From the NCBI GenBank assembly GCA_045636125.1, contig JAZTWX010000001.1:294-64293 (forward strand): DNA of 64,000 nt, written 5' to 3'. The DNA is from Bacteroidaceae bacterium. GTDB lineage: Bacteria > Bacteroidota > Bacteroidia > Bacteroidales > Bacteroidaceae. Every line of letters begins with the position of its first letter. Within the stretch, counting starts at the first letter, position 1. This document shows, in pieces, positions 27,976-37,974 of the stretch. Both the position numbers and the translations under genes were made by a program. The notes below the pieces were generated by a model. It was not told the origin of the DNA. It saw nothing but the letters and a program-made list of their open reading frames with translations, and ran no database searches.

Positions 27976-28419
27976 ATGAGCACTGTAAAACAGATATCAA
28001 TTTTTTTGGAGAACAAGTCGGGCCGTTTGTATGAGATAATGGAGATTCTTGCAAACGCCAACGTGGGAATTATAGCTGCAACGGTTTCCGATACTTCGGA
28101 ATTCGGAATTTTGCGCCTTATTACCACAAACAACGAAAGAGCCCACAAGGTGTTGCTCGAAAACAATGTAGCATCGAACATGAGCGATGTGATAGTTATT
28201 TCGTGCGGAAAAGAGATTGGCGGTTTCTACGAGAAAATAAAGAAGCTCTCGCTCTCGAACATAAGCATAGAGTATATGTACTGTTTCTCTTTTGGCGAGA
28301 ACTCTTATGTAATAATTAAGGTGCCCAACACCTTGAAGGCTGCCGACGCTATGCAGCGTAACGGCATTGAGTCGTGCACAATTGAGGCATTGCTCGACAA
28401 TATGGTACAATTTGAATAA
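27976..28419 (+). CDS. ACT domain-containing protein
   Basis: 147 aa. KQISIFLENKSGRLYEIMEILANANVGIIA suggests a tandem ACT fold. An ACT gene commonly follows paaK in Bacteroidales. Confidence 0.75.
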   Translation: MSTVKQISIFLENKSGRLYEIMEILANANVGIIAATVSDTSEFGILRLITTNNERAHKVLLENNVASNMSDVIVISCGKEIGGFYEKIKKLSLSNISIEYMYCFSFGENSYVIIKVPNTLKAADAMQRNGIESCTIEALLDNMVQFE

Positions 28420-28436
28420 AAGGTTGGGTTGATAAG

Positions 28437-29135
28437 ATGAAGAGGAATGATTTTGTTTTTGCAGCGGTTGTGGCTGCTCTTGTGTTGCCTTTCTTTTTGA
28501 GCGACACTATGTACGATGCCTACAAATGCACAAATGCCGCACATCCTTATTTTATGGCATTTGTAAAATTTATGATACTCTCGTCGCTGGGAGAAATGAT
28601 GGGCCTGCGCATTAAGCAGGGTGTCTACAGCTATAAGGGCTTTGGAATTCTCTCACGCGCAGTGGTTTGGGGTTTCCTGGGTGTGATGATTGCCGTTGCT
28701 ATGAAAATTTTCTCAATGGGTGTTCCCGTGATGCTCGAGACCTGGGGCCTCAAAGGAATGGTTGCTGCTATGGGTGGCGGCCTTTCGTGGGCAAAATTCA
28801 TTGACGCATTGTGCATTTCAACAGCAATGAACTGTTTCTTTGCGCCTATGTTTATGACATTGCACAAGGTTACCGACACTCACATTCTTGCTTGTGGCGG
28901 AAAGCTTTCGTCGCTTGTTACTCCCATAAAATTTGGCGAGACACTCGCTTCACTCAACTGGAAGGTGCAGTGGAGTTTTGTATTCAAACGCACAATCCCT
29001 CTCTTCTGGATTCCCGCGCACACAATCACTTTCCTGTTGCCTGCCGATTATCAGGTGCTTTTTGCAGCACTTTTGAGTGTGTTCCTCGGCCTCTTCTTGA
29101 GCATCGCAGCAGTAATGTCACAGAATAAAAAATAA
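28437..29135 (+). CDS. integral membrane protein, unknown function
   Basis: 232 aa with about 6 hydrophobic helices. I recognise no motif. Confidence 0.6.
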   Translation: MKRNDFVFAAVVAALVLPFFLSDTMYDAYKCTNAAHPYFMAFVKFMILSSLGEMMGLRIKQGVYSYKGFGILSRAVVWGFLGVMIAVAMKIFSMGVPVMLETWGLKGMVAAMGGGLSWAKFIDALCISTAMNCFFAPMFMTLHKVTDTHILACGGKLSSLVTPIKFGETLASLNWKVQWSFVFKRTIPLFWIPAHTITFLLPADYQVLFAALLSVFLGLFLSIAAVMSQNKK

Positions 29136-29143
29136 GAATAATT

Positions 29144-30775
29144 ATGAAAAGATTTCTTCTTTCACTGCTCAGTATTGCAGTACTTTCGCTTTACGCAAAT
29201 GAACTTTCGCTCATTCCGCAGCCTGCAAAAATGGTTGTGGGCGAGGGTAGTTTTACATTCGGCAAAAAGGTGAAAGTGTTTGTTCCCCAATATGCGGGTG
29301 ACAGCGTGGCGGTGGTTTTTGATGCTTTTGCCAATGACCTTAAAAAGGCAACCGGTATTGGCGTGAAAAAGACAAAAAAGGGCGCAAAGGCCGCTTTGAT
29401 GCTTGCTGTAGACAACAGCATTGCTGCCGAAGGTTACAAATTGAATGTTGAAAAGGAGAAGATTACGATTCAGGCATCGCGCCCGGCCGGTTTCTTCTAC
29501 GCTTTGCAGACACTAAAGCAGCTTATGCCGCGTAACGTTATGGCTGCCGTTGCCGCTCCCGAAGTGAAGGAGTGGAGCGTTCCTTGTGTTGCAATTGACG
29601 ATGCTCCCCGCTTTTCGTGGCGTGGTTTTATGCTCGACGAGGGCCGTCACTTTTATGGCAAGGAGGAGATAAAGAAGATTATCGATGTTATGGCAGCCTA
29701 CAAGATGAACCGCTTCCACTGGCACTTGACCGAGGACCAAGGCTGGCGCATTGAGATAAAGAAATATCCCAAACTTACCGAGGTTGGCGCTTGGCGCGAC
29801 AGTAAAGTGCTGGGCTGGGGCGAGGTGAAGCCCGACGGTGTGCGCTATGGCGGTTACTACACAAAAGAGGATGCGCAGGAGGTGGTGGCTTATGCACGCC
29901 AGCGCTTTGTGGAGATTGTTCCCGAGGTTGATATTCCCGGACACTCGCAGGCAGCCGTTGCTTCGTATCCCGAATTCCTGGCTTGCGACCCCGAAAACAA
30001 GCACGAGGTGTGGTTGTGGCAGGGTGTGTCGGGTGATGTAATCAACGTGGCCAACCCTGCAGCCGTGCAGTTTGCAAAGGATGTCATTGACGAGCTTACA
30101 GAGATATTTCCATTCGGCTACATTCACTTGGGTGGCGACGAGTGCCCCACAAGCAAATGGGAACGCAACGAGGCCTGCAAGGCGCAGCTCGCCGAGATTG
30201 GCTCGAAAAACTTCCGCGACCTGCAAATCAATTTCTACAAGCAGTTGAAGGATTATATCGCACAAAAACCTGCCGACCAGCAGCGCAGCCTCATTTTCTG
30301 GAACGAGGTGCTGCACGGAAACACTGCATCGCTTGGAACCGATATTACAATTATGGCGTGGATTGGTGCCGACAATGCTGCAAAGGATGCCGCTGCACGA
30401 GGATTCAACACAATTCTCTCGCCGCAGATACCTTACTACATTAACCGCCGCCAGTCGAAACTTGAAACGGAACCCCGTTCGCAGGGTTACGGCGACGAAA
30501 CTGTGGAGCGTGTCTACAACTACATTCCAATGAACAATGTTCCCGAAAATCTGCAGCCTAAATACCTGGGCGTGCAGGCCAATTTCTGGACTGAATGGGT
30601 TGAAGAGGCCGACATTGTGCAGTACCTCACTTTCCCCCGCCTTGCAGCAGTTGCCGAGGCCGGCTGGACTCCGCAGGCACAGCGCGATTACAAGAGCTTT
30701 GTAAACCGTTTGCAGGCCGATGCCGAGTATTACCGCCTGAAGGGTGTTAACTACGGCAAGCACGTTTTTAAGTAA
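29144..30775 (+). CDS. beta-N-acetylhexosaminidase (GH20)
   Basis: 543 aa with a signal peptide. RGFMLDEGRHF, HWHLTEDQGWR and the catalytic HLGGDE block are present. Confidence 0.92.
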   Translation: MKRFLLSLLSIAVLSLYANELSLIPQPAKMVVGEGSFTFGKKVKVFVPQYAGDSVAVVFDAFANDLKKATGIGVKKTKKGAKAALMLAVDNSIAAEGYKLNVEKEKITIQASRPAGFFYALQTLKQLMPRNVMAAVAAPEVKEWSVPCVAIDDAPRFSWRGFMLDEGRHFYGKEEIKKIIDVMAAYKMNRFHWHLTEDQGWRIEIKKYPKLTEVGAWRDSKVLGWGEVKPDGVRYGGYYTKEDAQEVVAYARQRFVEIVPEVDIPGHSQAAVASYPEFLACDPENKHEVWLWQGVSGDVINVANPAAVQFAKDVIDELTEIFPFGYIHLGGDECPTSKWERNEACKAQLAEIGSKNFRDLQINFYKQLKDYIAQKPADQQRSLIFWNEVLHGNTASLGTDITIMAWIGADNAAKDAAARGFNTILSPQIPYYINRRQSKLETEPRSQGYGDETVERVYNYIPMNNVPENLQPKYLGVQANFWTEWVEEADIVQYLTFPRLAAVAEAGWTPQAQRDYKSFVNRLQADAEYYRLKGVNYGKHVFK

Positions 30776-30859
30776 GAAATAACAGAAAACCAAAATTCAA
30801 ATGGGCCTTACGCTCTTTTGTCTTTTGGTTTTTTTGATAGAAACATTAAAAGTACCACT

Positions 30860-33406
30860 ATGAATAAATTTTTGAAAATTACACTCGCTACAGTGGGAGT
30901 AATATTCCTGCTGCTTATGGCCCTGCCAATGCTTTTCAAGGGCAAGATTGAGACTCTTATCAAAGAGGAGGGTAACAAACTGCTGAATGCACAGTTCGAC
31001 TTTGGAAGCCTCGACATAAGTCTTATACGCAATTTCCCCAAGGCTACAATTTCGCTCGAGGATTTTTACCTTAAAGGAGTTGGCGTTTTTGAGAACGACA
31101 CCCTTGTGAGCGCCGACGAAATTTCAGCATCGGTGAACCTTGCTTCAATCTTCAGCGACGAAGGTTTTGATATAAGCAAAATTCTGCTCGACGAGGTCTC
31201 TTTGAAGGCTATTGTGCTTGCCGATGGAACCGTGAATTGGGACGTTATGAAACCCGGTGACACTGCCGAGGAGGTGGTTGTTGAGGATAGCACAGCTGCT
31301 GCATCGCCCTTCCGCATAAAACTCCAGGAACTTGCGATAGAGAGCCTGAATCTTATCTACGACGACCGTCAGGCGGGAATGTATGCTTGCATTGACGACC
31401 TCGACGCTACACTTTCGGGCGACTTTGGCAGCAGCCGCACAATGCTCGACCTTGATGCGGGTATCAAGGCGCTTACCTTCAAAATGGACAATGTACCGTT
31501 CTTGAGCAAAGCAAAGATTGGTGTTGATATGAAGGTGGATGCCGACCTTGAAAACAGCAAATTTACACTCGACAAGAATACTATAAGGCTGAATGCAATT
31601 GAGGCTGCTGTCGATGGCTGGGTGGCACTTACCCCCGAGGGCGTAGATATGGATGTGAAACTCAACAGCAACAGCATCGGCTTTAAGGAGATTCTCTCGC
31701 TCGTGCCCGCAATGTATACACAGGATTTTGAAGGCTTGCGCGCCGACGGACAGGTAACTCTTGCAGCCGGCGCAAAAGGTTCGTTGATTGGCGAGGATAT
31801 TGTGCCTGCGTTCGATGTTACACTCGATGTCAAGGATGCAATGTTCCAGTATCCCGCGTTGCCCGCCGGTGTAGAGGGAATAAACATCACTGCCAAAGTG
31901 AACAACCCCGGTGGCTCGCCCGACAACACTGTTGTTAACGTGAATCCCTTCAAGGTTGTTATGGCCGGTAACCCCTTTGCGCTCACAGCAACAGTTAAAA
32001 CTCCTATGAGCGACCTTGCTTTCGATGCTACTGCAAAAGGAAAGCTCGACCTGGGTAAAATAAAGGATATATATCCGCTGGAGGATATGTCGCTCAATGG
32101 TCTTGTTGATGCCGACCTGTCGGTTAGCGGACGTATGTCGCAAATTGAGAAAGAGCAGTACGATAAGATAAAAGCGCAGGGTAGTGTGCGTCTCAATAAT
32201 ATGGTTCTTGCAATGGAGGATATGCCCGATGTTGACATTAAGAAGGCGTTGCTCACCTTTACTCCCCGTTACCTGCAGTTGAACGAGACCACTGTGAATA
32301 TTGGCAAGAACGATGTGACCGTTGACAGTAAATTCGAGAATTATATTGGCTTTGCACTCAAAGGAACAACCCTCAAGGGTAACCTTAATGTGAAGAGCAA
32401 CTATTTCAACCTCAACGACTTTATGACTACTGCCGATGCTGCAGCTACAGAGGCTTCTACTGAAACTTCTACAGAGACCGTCGCAGCTGCCGACACAGCA
32501 GCAATGGGTGTTATTGAGATTCCCGACAATATAGATTTTACAATGCAGGCTGCCTTTGCAAAGGTGCTTATGGACAATATGTCGTTCAATAACATTAACG
32601 GTTTGCTTGTTGTAAAAAACAGCAAGGTGGATATGAAGAATCTCTCGCTTGGTACAATGGGTGGAACAATTGTTGTGAACGGTTCATACAGCACTCCTAA
32701 GAACGAGCAGCCCCGCTTTAAGGCCGGTCTTAAAATAAATGAGATTGCCTTTGCCGAGGCTTATAAGGACCTTAATGTAGTGCGCCAGCTTGCACCTGTC
32801 TTTGAGGACCTTTCGGGTAATTTCTCGGGCAGTGTGAACATCGATTCAAAGCTTGACGAGACAATGAGCCCTGTGCTTTCTACACTCACAGGTGACGGCT
32901 CGCTGTCGACAAAGGATTTGAGCCTTGCAAACGTGAAAGTTATTCAGACAGTTGCCGATATCGTGCAGAAACCCTCGCTCAAAGAGGCTCGTGTGAAGGA
33001 TATGAAAATTGACTTTACAATTAAGGACGGCAAAGTGAACACAAAGCCCTTCGACATTAAACTGGGCGACTACAAGATGAATCTTTCGGGTAGTACCGGG
33101 CTCGACCAGACAATTGATTACAAGGGAGAAATAACAATTCCCTCGTCGGTGGGCAAGCTCTCGAAATTGGGCACTGTGGATATGCTCATTGGCGGTACTT
33201 TCACTTCGCCCAAAGTGAGCATCGATATGGCTTCGCTTGCTAAAAAAGCTGCTGCCAGTGCTGCCGAAAGTGCGCTGAACAAGTTCCTTGGTGGTGAGAA
33301 GAGCAGCGAGAGCTCTTCGAGTGAAACAAACAGTGCTACAGATATCAAGACCGAGGTTACAAACAAGGTGATTAACAAGGCTTTGGACTTTTTCAAAAAG
33401 AAATAA
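30860..33406 (+). CDS. AsmA family outer-membrane biogenesis protein
   Basis: About 848 aa. An N-terminal TM anchor (MNKFLKITLATVGVIFLLLMALP) is followed by a long beta-rich repetitive region, with a Ser/Lys-rich tail. The start is set at ATG 30860 inside the track ORF. Confidence 0.75.
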   Translation: MNKFLKITLATVGVIFLLLMALPMLFKGKIETLIKEEGNKLLNAQFDFGSLDISLIRNFPKATISLEDFYLKGVGVFENDTLVSADEISASVNLASIFSDEGFDISKILLDEVSLKAIVLADGTVNWDVMKPGDTAEEVVVEDSTAAASPFRIKLQELAIESLNLIYDDRQAGMYACIDDLDATLSGDFGSSRTMLDLDAGIKALTFKMDNVPFLSKAKIGVDMKVDADLENSKFTLDKNTIRLNAIEAAVDGWVALTPEGVDMDVKLNSNSIGFKEILSLVPAMYTQDFEGLRADGQVTLAAGAKGSLIGEDIVPAFDVTLDVKDAMFQYPALPAGVEGINITAKVNNPGGSPDNTVVNVNPFKVVMAGNPFALTATVKTPMSDLAFDATAKGKLDLGKIKDIYPLEDMSLNGLVDADLSVSGRMSQIEKEQYDKIKAQGSVRLNNMVLAMEDMPDVDIKKALLTFTPRYLQLNETTVNIGKNDVTVDSKFENYIGFALKGTTLKGNLNVKSNYFNLNDFMTTADAAATEASTETSTETVAAADTAAMGVIEIPDNIDFTMQAAFAKVLMDNMSFNNINGLLVVKNSKVDMKNLSLGTMGGTIVVNGSYSTPKNEQPRFKAGLKINEIAFAEAYKDLNVVRQLAPVFEDLSGNFSGSVNIDSKLDETMSPVLSTLTGDGSLSTKDLSLANVKVIQTVADIVQKPSLKEARVKDMKIDFTIKDGKVNTKPFDIKLGDYKMNLSGSTGLDQTIDYKGEITIPSSVGKLSKLGTVDMLIGGTFTSPKVSIDMASLAKKAAASAAESALNKFLGGEKSSESSSSETNSATDIKTEVTNKVINKALDFFKKK

Positions 33407-33429
33407 CGAGGCTTCGTTCCCAGTTACAG

Positions 33430-33470
33430 GAACCGGGTGGTTGCAGAAATGCAGCTGCCCGGTTCTTTCG
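33430..33470 (+). terminator. terminator after the asmA-like gene
   Basis: A 16-bp stem, 33430-33445 / 33450-33465 (gaaccgggtggttgca / tgcagctgcccggttc, 3 G.U pairs), with loop gaaa, then TTTCGTTG. Confidence 0.6.
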
Positions 33471-33542
33471 TTGTGGGGGTGCGTTGAAATTTAGTGCGCG
33501 CGTTTGTTATAATATATATATTTATATATTAAATTAATTTAT

Positions 33543-33550
33543 TATCTTTG
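33543..33550 (+). promoter_or_regulatory. TAnnTTTG -7 motif upstream of lepA
   Basis: TATCTTTG is preceded by a very AT-rich (TA)n stretch and lies about 58 nt before the ATG. Confidence 0.45.
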
Positions 33551-33608
33551 CGGATGTCTTTGCGGGCGCAGCCTGCACAAGGCTTTGGCTAAATGAAATC
33601 AATTACCT

Positions 33609-35390
33609 ATGGATAAGATAAGAAACTTTTGCATTATTGCACACATTGACCACGGAAAGTCGACTCTTGCCGACCGTCTGCTGGAAACAACAAAAACAAT
33701 CAATATTACCGAGGGGCAGATGCTCGATAATATGGATCTTGAAAAAGAGCGCGGTATCACCATTAAGAGCCACGCTATTCAAATGGAATATATTTACGAG
33801 GGCGAGAAATATACCCTCAACCTCATTGACACTCCGGGACACGTCGACTTTTCTTACGAAGTGTCGCGCTCAATTGCTGCTTGCGAGGGTGCATTGCTTG
33901 TAGTGGATGCTACACAGGGTGTGCAGGCGCAAACAATTTCGAACCTCTATATGGCTGTTGACCAGGGCTTGGAAATTATCCCTGTAATCAACAAATGTGA
34001 TATGATTAACGCAATGCCCGAGGAGGTTAAGGACGAGATTGTAGACCTTATCGGATGCGACAGAGAGGATATTATTGAGGCTTCGGGAAAAACCGGTATG
34101 GGTGTCGAAGAGATTCTGCGCGCTGTAGTTGAGCGTATTCCCGCTCCTGTGGGTGACGAGGAAGCTCCCTTGCAGGCGCTCATTTTCGACTCGGTGTTCA
34201 ACTCGTTCCGCGGTATCATTGCATATTTCAAAATCACAAACGGTGTTCTGCGCAAGGGCGACAAGGTGAAGTTCTTCAATACAGGCAAAGAGTATGACGC
34301 CGACGAGATTGGTGTCCTGAAAATGGACCTTTCGCCCCGTAACGAGCTTCGCACCGGCGATGTGGGTTACATTATTTCGGGTATAAAGACATCGCGCGAG
34401 GTGAAGGTGGGTGATACCATTACCCACATTGCCAACCCTTGCAAGGCTGCCATTGCCGGTTTCGAGGAGGTTAAGCCCATGGTGTTCGCTGGTGTTTATC
34501 CCATTGAGGCGGAGGATTACGAGGACTTGCGTGCCAGCCTCGAGAAATTGCAGCTCAACGATGCTTCGCTCACATTCTCTCCCGAATCGTCGGCAGCGCT
34601 TGGCTTTGGATTCCGTTGCGGTTTCTTGGGCCTGTTGCATATGGAGATTGTTCAGGAGCGTCTCGACCGTGAGTTCGATATGAGCGTGATTACCACCGTA
34701 CCCAACGTTTCATATATGGTGCACGACAAACAGGGCAATGTGCTCGAGGTGCACAACCCAGGTGGTATGCCCGACCAGACATTGATTGACCACATTGAGG
34801 AGCCTTACATAAATGCCAGCATTATTACCCGTGCCGAATATATCGGCCCCATTATGACACTTTGCCTTTCGAAGCGCGGAGAATTGCAGAAGCAGGAATT
34901 CATTACCGGTAACCGTGTGGACATCCGTTTCCTGTTGCCGCTTGGCGAAATTGTGATTGACTTTTACGACAAGCTCAAGAGTATTTCAAAGGGATACGCT
35001 TCGTTCGATTATCACCCCGCAGGCTTCCGCACATCGAAACTCATAAAGCTCGATATTCTGCTCAACGGTGAGCCTGTAGATGCGCTTTCGACACTTACTC
35101 ACGTGGATAATGCCTACGGCCTCGGCCGCCAGATGTGCGAAAAGCTGCGCGACCTCATCCCCAGACAGCAGTTCGACATTGCTCTGCAGGCTGCGATAGG
35201 TACAAAGATTATTGCCCGCGAGACTATTAAACAGGTGCGTAAGGATGTTACAGCAAAATGTTACGGTGGCGACGTATCGCGTAAACGTAAGTTGCTCGAA
35301 AAGCAGAAGAAAGGTAAAAAACGTATGAAACAGATTGGTAACGTGGAGGTTCCGCAGAAGGCCTTCCTTGCCGTTCTTAAACTCGACTAA
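33609..35390 (+). CDS. lepA: elongation factor 4 (LepA)
   Basis: 593 aa. [34 protein letters not shown] and the LepA-specific C-terminal domain are present. Confidence 0.97.
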   Translation: MDKIRNFCIIAHIDHGKSTLADRLLETTKTINITEGQMLDNMDLEKERGITIKSHAIQMEYIYEGEKYTLNLIDTPGHVDFSYEVSRSIAACEGALLVVDATQGVQAQTISNLYMAVDQGLEIIPVINKCDMINAMPEEVKDEIVDLIGCDREDIIEASGKTGMGVEEILRAVVERIPAPVGDEEAPLQALIFDSVFNSFRGIIAYFKITNGVLRKGDKVKFFNTGKEYDADEIGVLKMDLSPRNELRTGDVGYIISGIKTSREVKVGDTITHIANPCKAAIAGFEEVKPMVFAGVYPIEAEDYEDLRASLEKLQLNDASLTFSPESSAALGFGFRCGFLGLLHMEIVQERLDREFDMSVITTVPNVSYMVHDKQGNVLEVHNPGGMPDQTLIDHIEEPYINASIITRAEYIGPIMTLCLSKRGELQKQEFITGNRVDIRFLLPLGEIVIDFYDKLKSISKGYASFDYHPAGFRTSKLIKLDILLNGEPVDALSTLTHVDNAYGLGRQMCEKLRDLIPRQQFDIALQAAIGTKIIARETIKQVRKDVTAKCYGGDVSRKRKLLEKQKKGKKRMKQIGNVEVPQKAFLAVLKLD

Positions 35391-35407
35391 ACAATTGACT
35401 AAAGAAT

Positions 35408-36361
35408 ATGGGAATATTCAGTTTCTTTACTAAAGAGAAAAAAGAGGTGCTCGACAAGGGATTGTCGAAGACCAAAGAGAGCGTGTTCGGCAAAATTGCC
35501 CGCGCAATTGTGGGAAAGACACAAATTGATGATGAGGTACTCGATAACCTCGAAGAGGTGCTCATTACATCGGATGTGGGTGTTGAGACAACACTGAAGA
35601 TTGTGGAGCGTATTCAGGCTCGTGCAGCACGCGACAAATATATGAACACAACAGAGCTCAACAACCTCCTCAAGGACGAGATTGCAGCTCTGCTTATGGA
35701 GAATAATTCCGAGGATAATGGTTCGTTCGATTTCCCAACAACGCCCGGTGCCCCTTACGTCATTATGGTGGTGGGCGTTAACGGCGTGGGAAAAACCACA
35801 ACAATCGGCAAGCTTGCCCACCAGTTCAAAAAGGCAGGTAAAAGGGTATATCTTGGTGCTGCCGATACTTTCCGTGCAGCGGCTGTGGAGCAGCTTGTGG
35901 AGTGGGGACACCGTGCCGATGTCCCTGTGATTAAGCAGGGGATGGGAAGCGACCCCGCATCGGTTGCCTACGACACTCTCTCGTCGGCCGTTGCGAATAA
36001 TGCCGATGTTGTGATAATAGACACTGCCGGCCGCTTGCACAACAAGGTGGGCCTTATGAACGAGCTTACAAAAATAAAGAATGTGATGAAGAAGATTCTT
36101 CCCACTGCGCCCAACGAAGTGCTTCTGGTGCTCGACGGCTCTACAGGGCAGAACGCTTTTGAGCAGGCAAAGCAGTTTACAAAAGCAACTGAGGTTACTT
36201 CGCTTGCAATAACTAAACTCGACGGTACAGCCAAGGGCGGTGTGGTCATAGGTATAAGCGACCAGTTCAAGATTCCAGTGAAATATATTGGTTTGGGCGA
36301 GGGCATCGACCATTTGCAGGTATTTAACCGTGCCGAGTTTGTCGACTCACTTTTTGGATAA
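35408..36361 (+). CDS. ftsY: signal recognition particle receptor FtsY
   Basis: 317 aa. GVNGVGKTTTIGKLA, DTAGRLHNK and TKLDGTAKGG are the SRP GTPase motifs. Confidence 0.95.
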   Translation: MGIFSFFTKEKKEVLDKGLSKTKESVFGKIARAIVGKTQIDDEVLDNLEEVLITSDVGVETTLKIVERIQARAARDKYMNTTELNNLLKDEIAALLMENNSEDNGSFDFPTTPGAPYVIMVVGVNGVGKTTTIGKLAHQFKKAGKRVYLGAADTFRAAAVEQLVEWGHRADVPVIKQGMGSDPASVAYDTLSSAVANNADVVIIDTAGRLHNKVGLMNELTKIKNVMKKILPTAPNEVLLVLDGSTGQNAFEQAKQFTKATEVTSLAITKLDGTAKGGVVIGISDQFKIPVKYIGLGEGIDHLQVFNRAEFVDSLFG

Positions 36362-36372
36362 AACAAAAGTAG

Positions 36373-37674
36373 ATGAAAAAGAATTGCGTAGATGTTATAA
36401 CAATGGGTTGCTCAAAGAATCTTGTAGATTCCGAGCAACTTATGCGTCGTTTACAGGCTTGTGGCTACGAGGTAACACACGACAGCGAGAACCCCGAGGG
36501 TGAGATTGCCGTGATAAACACCTGTGGCTTTATCGGCGATGCAAAACAGGAGTCCATTAATATGATTCTTGAATTCTGCGAGCGCAAGGAACGTGGCGAG
36601 CTTGAGAAACTGTTTGTTATGGGTTGCCTTTCGGAGCGTTACCTCAACGAGTTGCGCGAGGAGATTGCTCAGGTTGACAAATTTTACGGAAAATTCAACT
36701 GGAACGAGCTTATTGCCGACCTTGAAAAGAGTTACGACCCCACAATTGCGAACGAGCGTGTGATTACAACTCCTTCGCACTACGCATTCCTTAAAATATC
36801 GGAGGGTTGCAACCGCCGTTGTGCCTACTGCGCAATTCCCATAATAACCGGTGCGCACAAGTCGCGTCCTATGGAGGAGATTCTCGACGAGGTGCGTTAC
36901 CTTGTGTCGAAAGGGGTAAAGGAGTTCCAGCTGATTGCACAGGAGCTTACATTCTATGGCGTCGACCTCTACAAGAAACAGAGCATTGCAGAGCTCGTGG
37001 AAAAGATTTCGGATATAGAGGGCGTAGAGTGGATACGCCTGCATTATGGTTACCCGTTGCATTTTCCCGAAGACCTTTTGCGTGTGATGCGTGAGCGTGA
37101 CAATGTGTGCAAGTATCTCGACATTGCCTTGCAGCACGTGAGCACTAAAATCCTTAAAAAGATGCAACGCCACGTAACAAAGGAGGATACATATGCTCTC
37201 ATTGAAAAGTTGCGCAGCGAGGTTCCCGGCATATGCCTGCGTACTACAATGATGGTTGGCTTCCCCGGCGAGACCGACAAGGATTTCGAAGAACTGATGG
37301 ATTTTGTAAAATGGGCAAAATTCGACCGTTTGGGAGCATTCGCATATTGCGAAGAGGATGGCACTTATGCAGCCGAGAATTATCGCGACAATGTGTCGAA
37401 AAAGAAAAAACAGGAGCGACTCGACCGCCTTATGGAGGTTCAGCAACGAATTTCCACACGCCTGAACGGCGAAAAGGTGGGCAAGTGCTACAAGACAATA
37501 ATCGACCGCATTGAGGGCGATTACTACATTGGTCGCACCGAGTTCGATTCACCCGATGTGGACACCGAGGTGCTCATACACACAGCCGAGGGCGAAATGA
37601 AGATTGGAGAATTCTATAATGTTCTCATTACCGATGCCACGGAATTCGACCTTATGGGAACAGTACAAAAATAA
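36373..37674 (+). CDS. rimO: ribosomal protein S12 methylthiotransferase RimO
   Basis: 433 aa. It has the UPF0004 domain (ITMGCSKNLVDSE), the radical SAM motif CNRRCAYC and a C-terminal TRAM domain. Confidence 0.92.
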   Translation: MKKNCVDVITMGCSKNLVDSEQLMRRLQACGYEVTHDSENPEGEIAVINTCGFIGDAKQESINMILEFCERKERGELEKLFVMGCLSERYLNELREEIAQVDKFYGKFNWNELIADLEKSYDPTIANERVITTPSHYAFLKISEGCNRRCAYCAIPIITGAHKSRPMEEILDEVRYLVSKGVKEFQLIAQELTFYGVDLYKKQSIAELVEKISDIEGVEWIRLHYGYPLHFPEDLLRVMRERDNVCKYLDIALQHVSTKILKKMQRHVTKEDTYALIEKLRSEVPGICLRTTMMVGFPGETDKDFEELMDFVKWAKFDRLGAFAYCEEDGTYAAENYRDNVSKKKKQERLDRLMEVQQRISTRLNGEKVGKCYKTIIDRIEGDYYIGRTEFDSPDVDTEVLIHTAEGEMKIGEFYNVLITDATEFDLMGTVQK

Positions 37675-37683
37675 ATAACCTCT

Positions 37684-37959
37684 ATGAACAACAAAGAATT
37701 TATCAACAAGATGGCAAAGCGCTGCGGCATTACTCCTGCCGAGGCTGCTGCAAATGTAGAGTCGTTTGTTGCGGTGATTACCGAGCGGTTGAAAGAGAAT
37801 GACCAGCTCAACATTTCGGGATTCGGAGTGTTGGATGTGAAGATGCGTAAAGAGAGAGTGTCGGTTAACCCCAAGACCGGGCAGCGTTTCCTTGTGCCGC
37901 CCAAAGTGGTGCCCTCGTTCCGTGCAAGCAGCAAACTGAAAGATAAATTCAACGATTAA
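37684..37959 (+). CDS. HU/IHF family DNA-binding protein
   Basis: 91 aa. MNNKEFINKMAKRCGITPAEAAANVESFV...GFGVLDVKMRKERVSVNPKTGQRFLVPPKVVPSFRAS. Confidence 0.9.
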   Translation: MNNKEFINKMAKRCGITPAEAAANVESFVAVITERLKENDQLNISGFGVLDVKMRKERVSVNPKTGQRFLVPPKVVPSFRASSKLKDKFND

Positions 37960-37974
37960 GGCAAGGGAAAAGGT

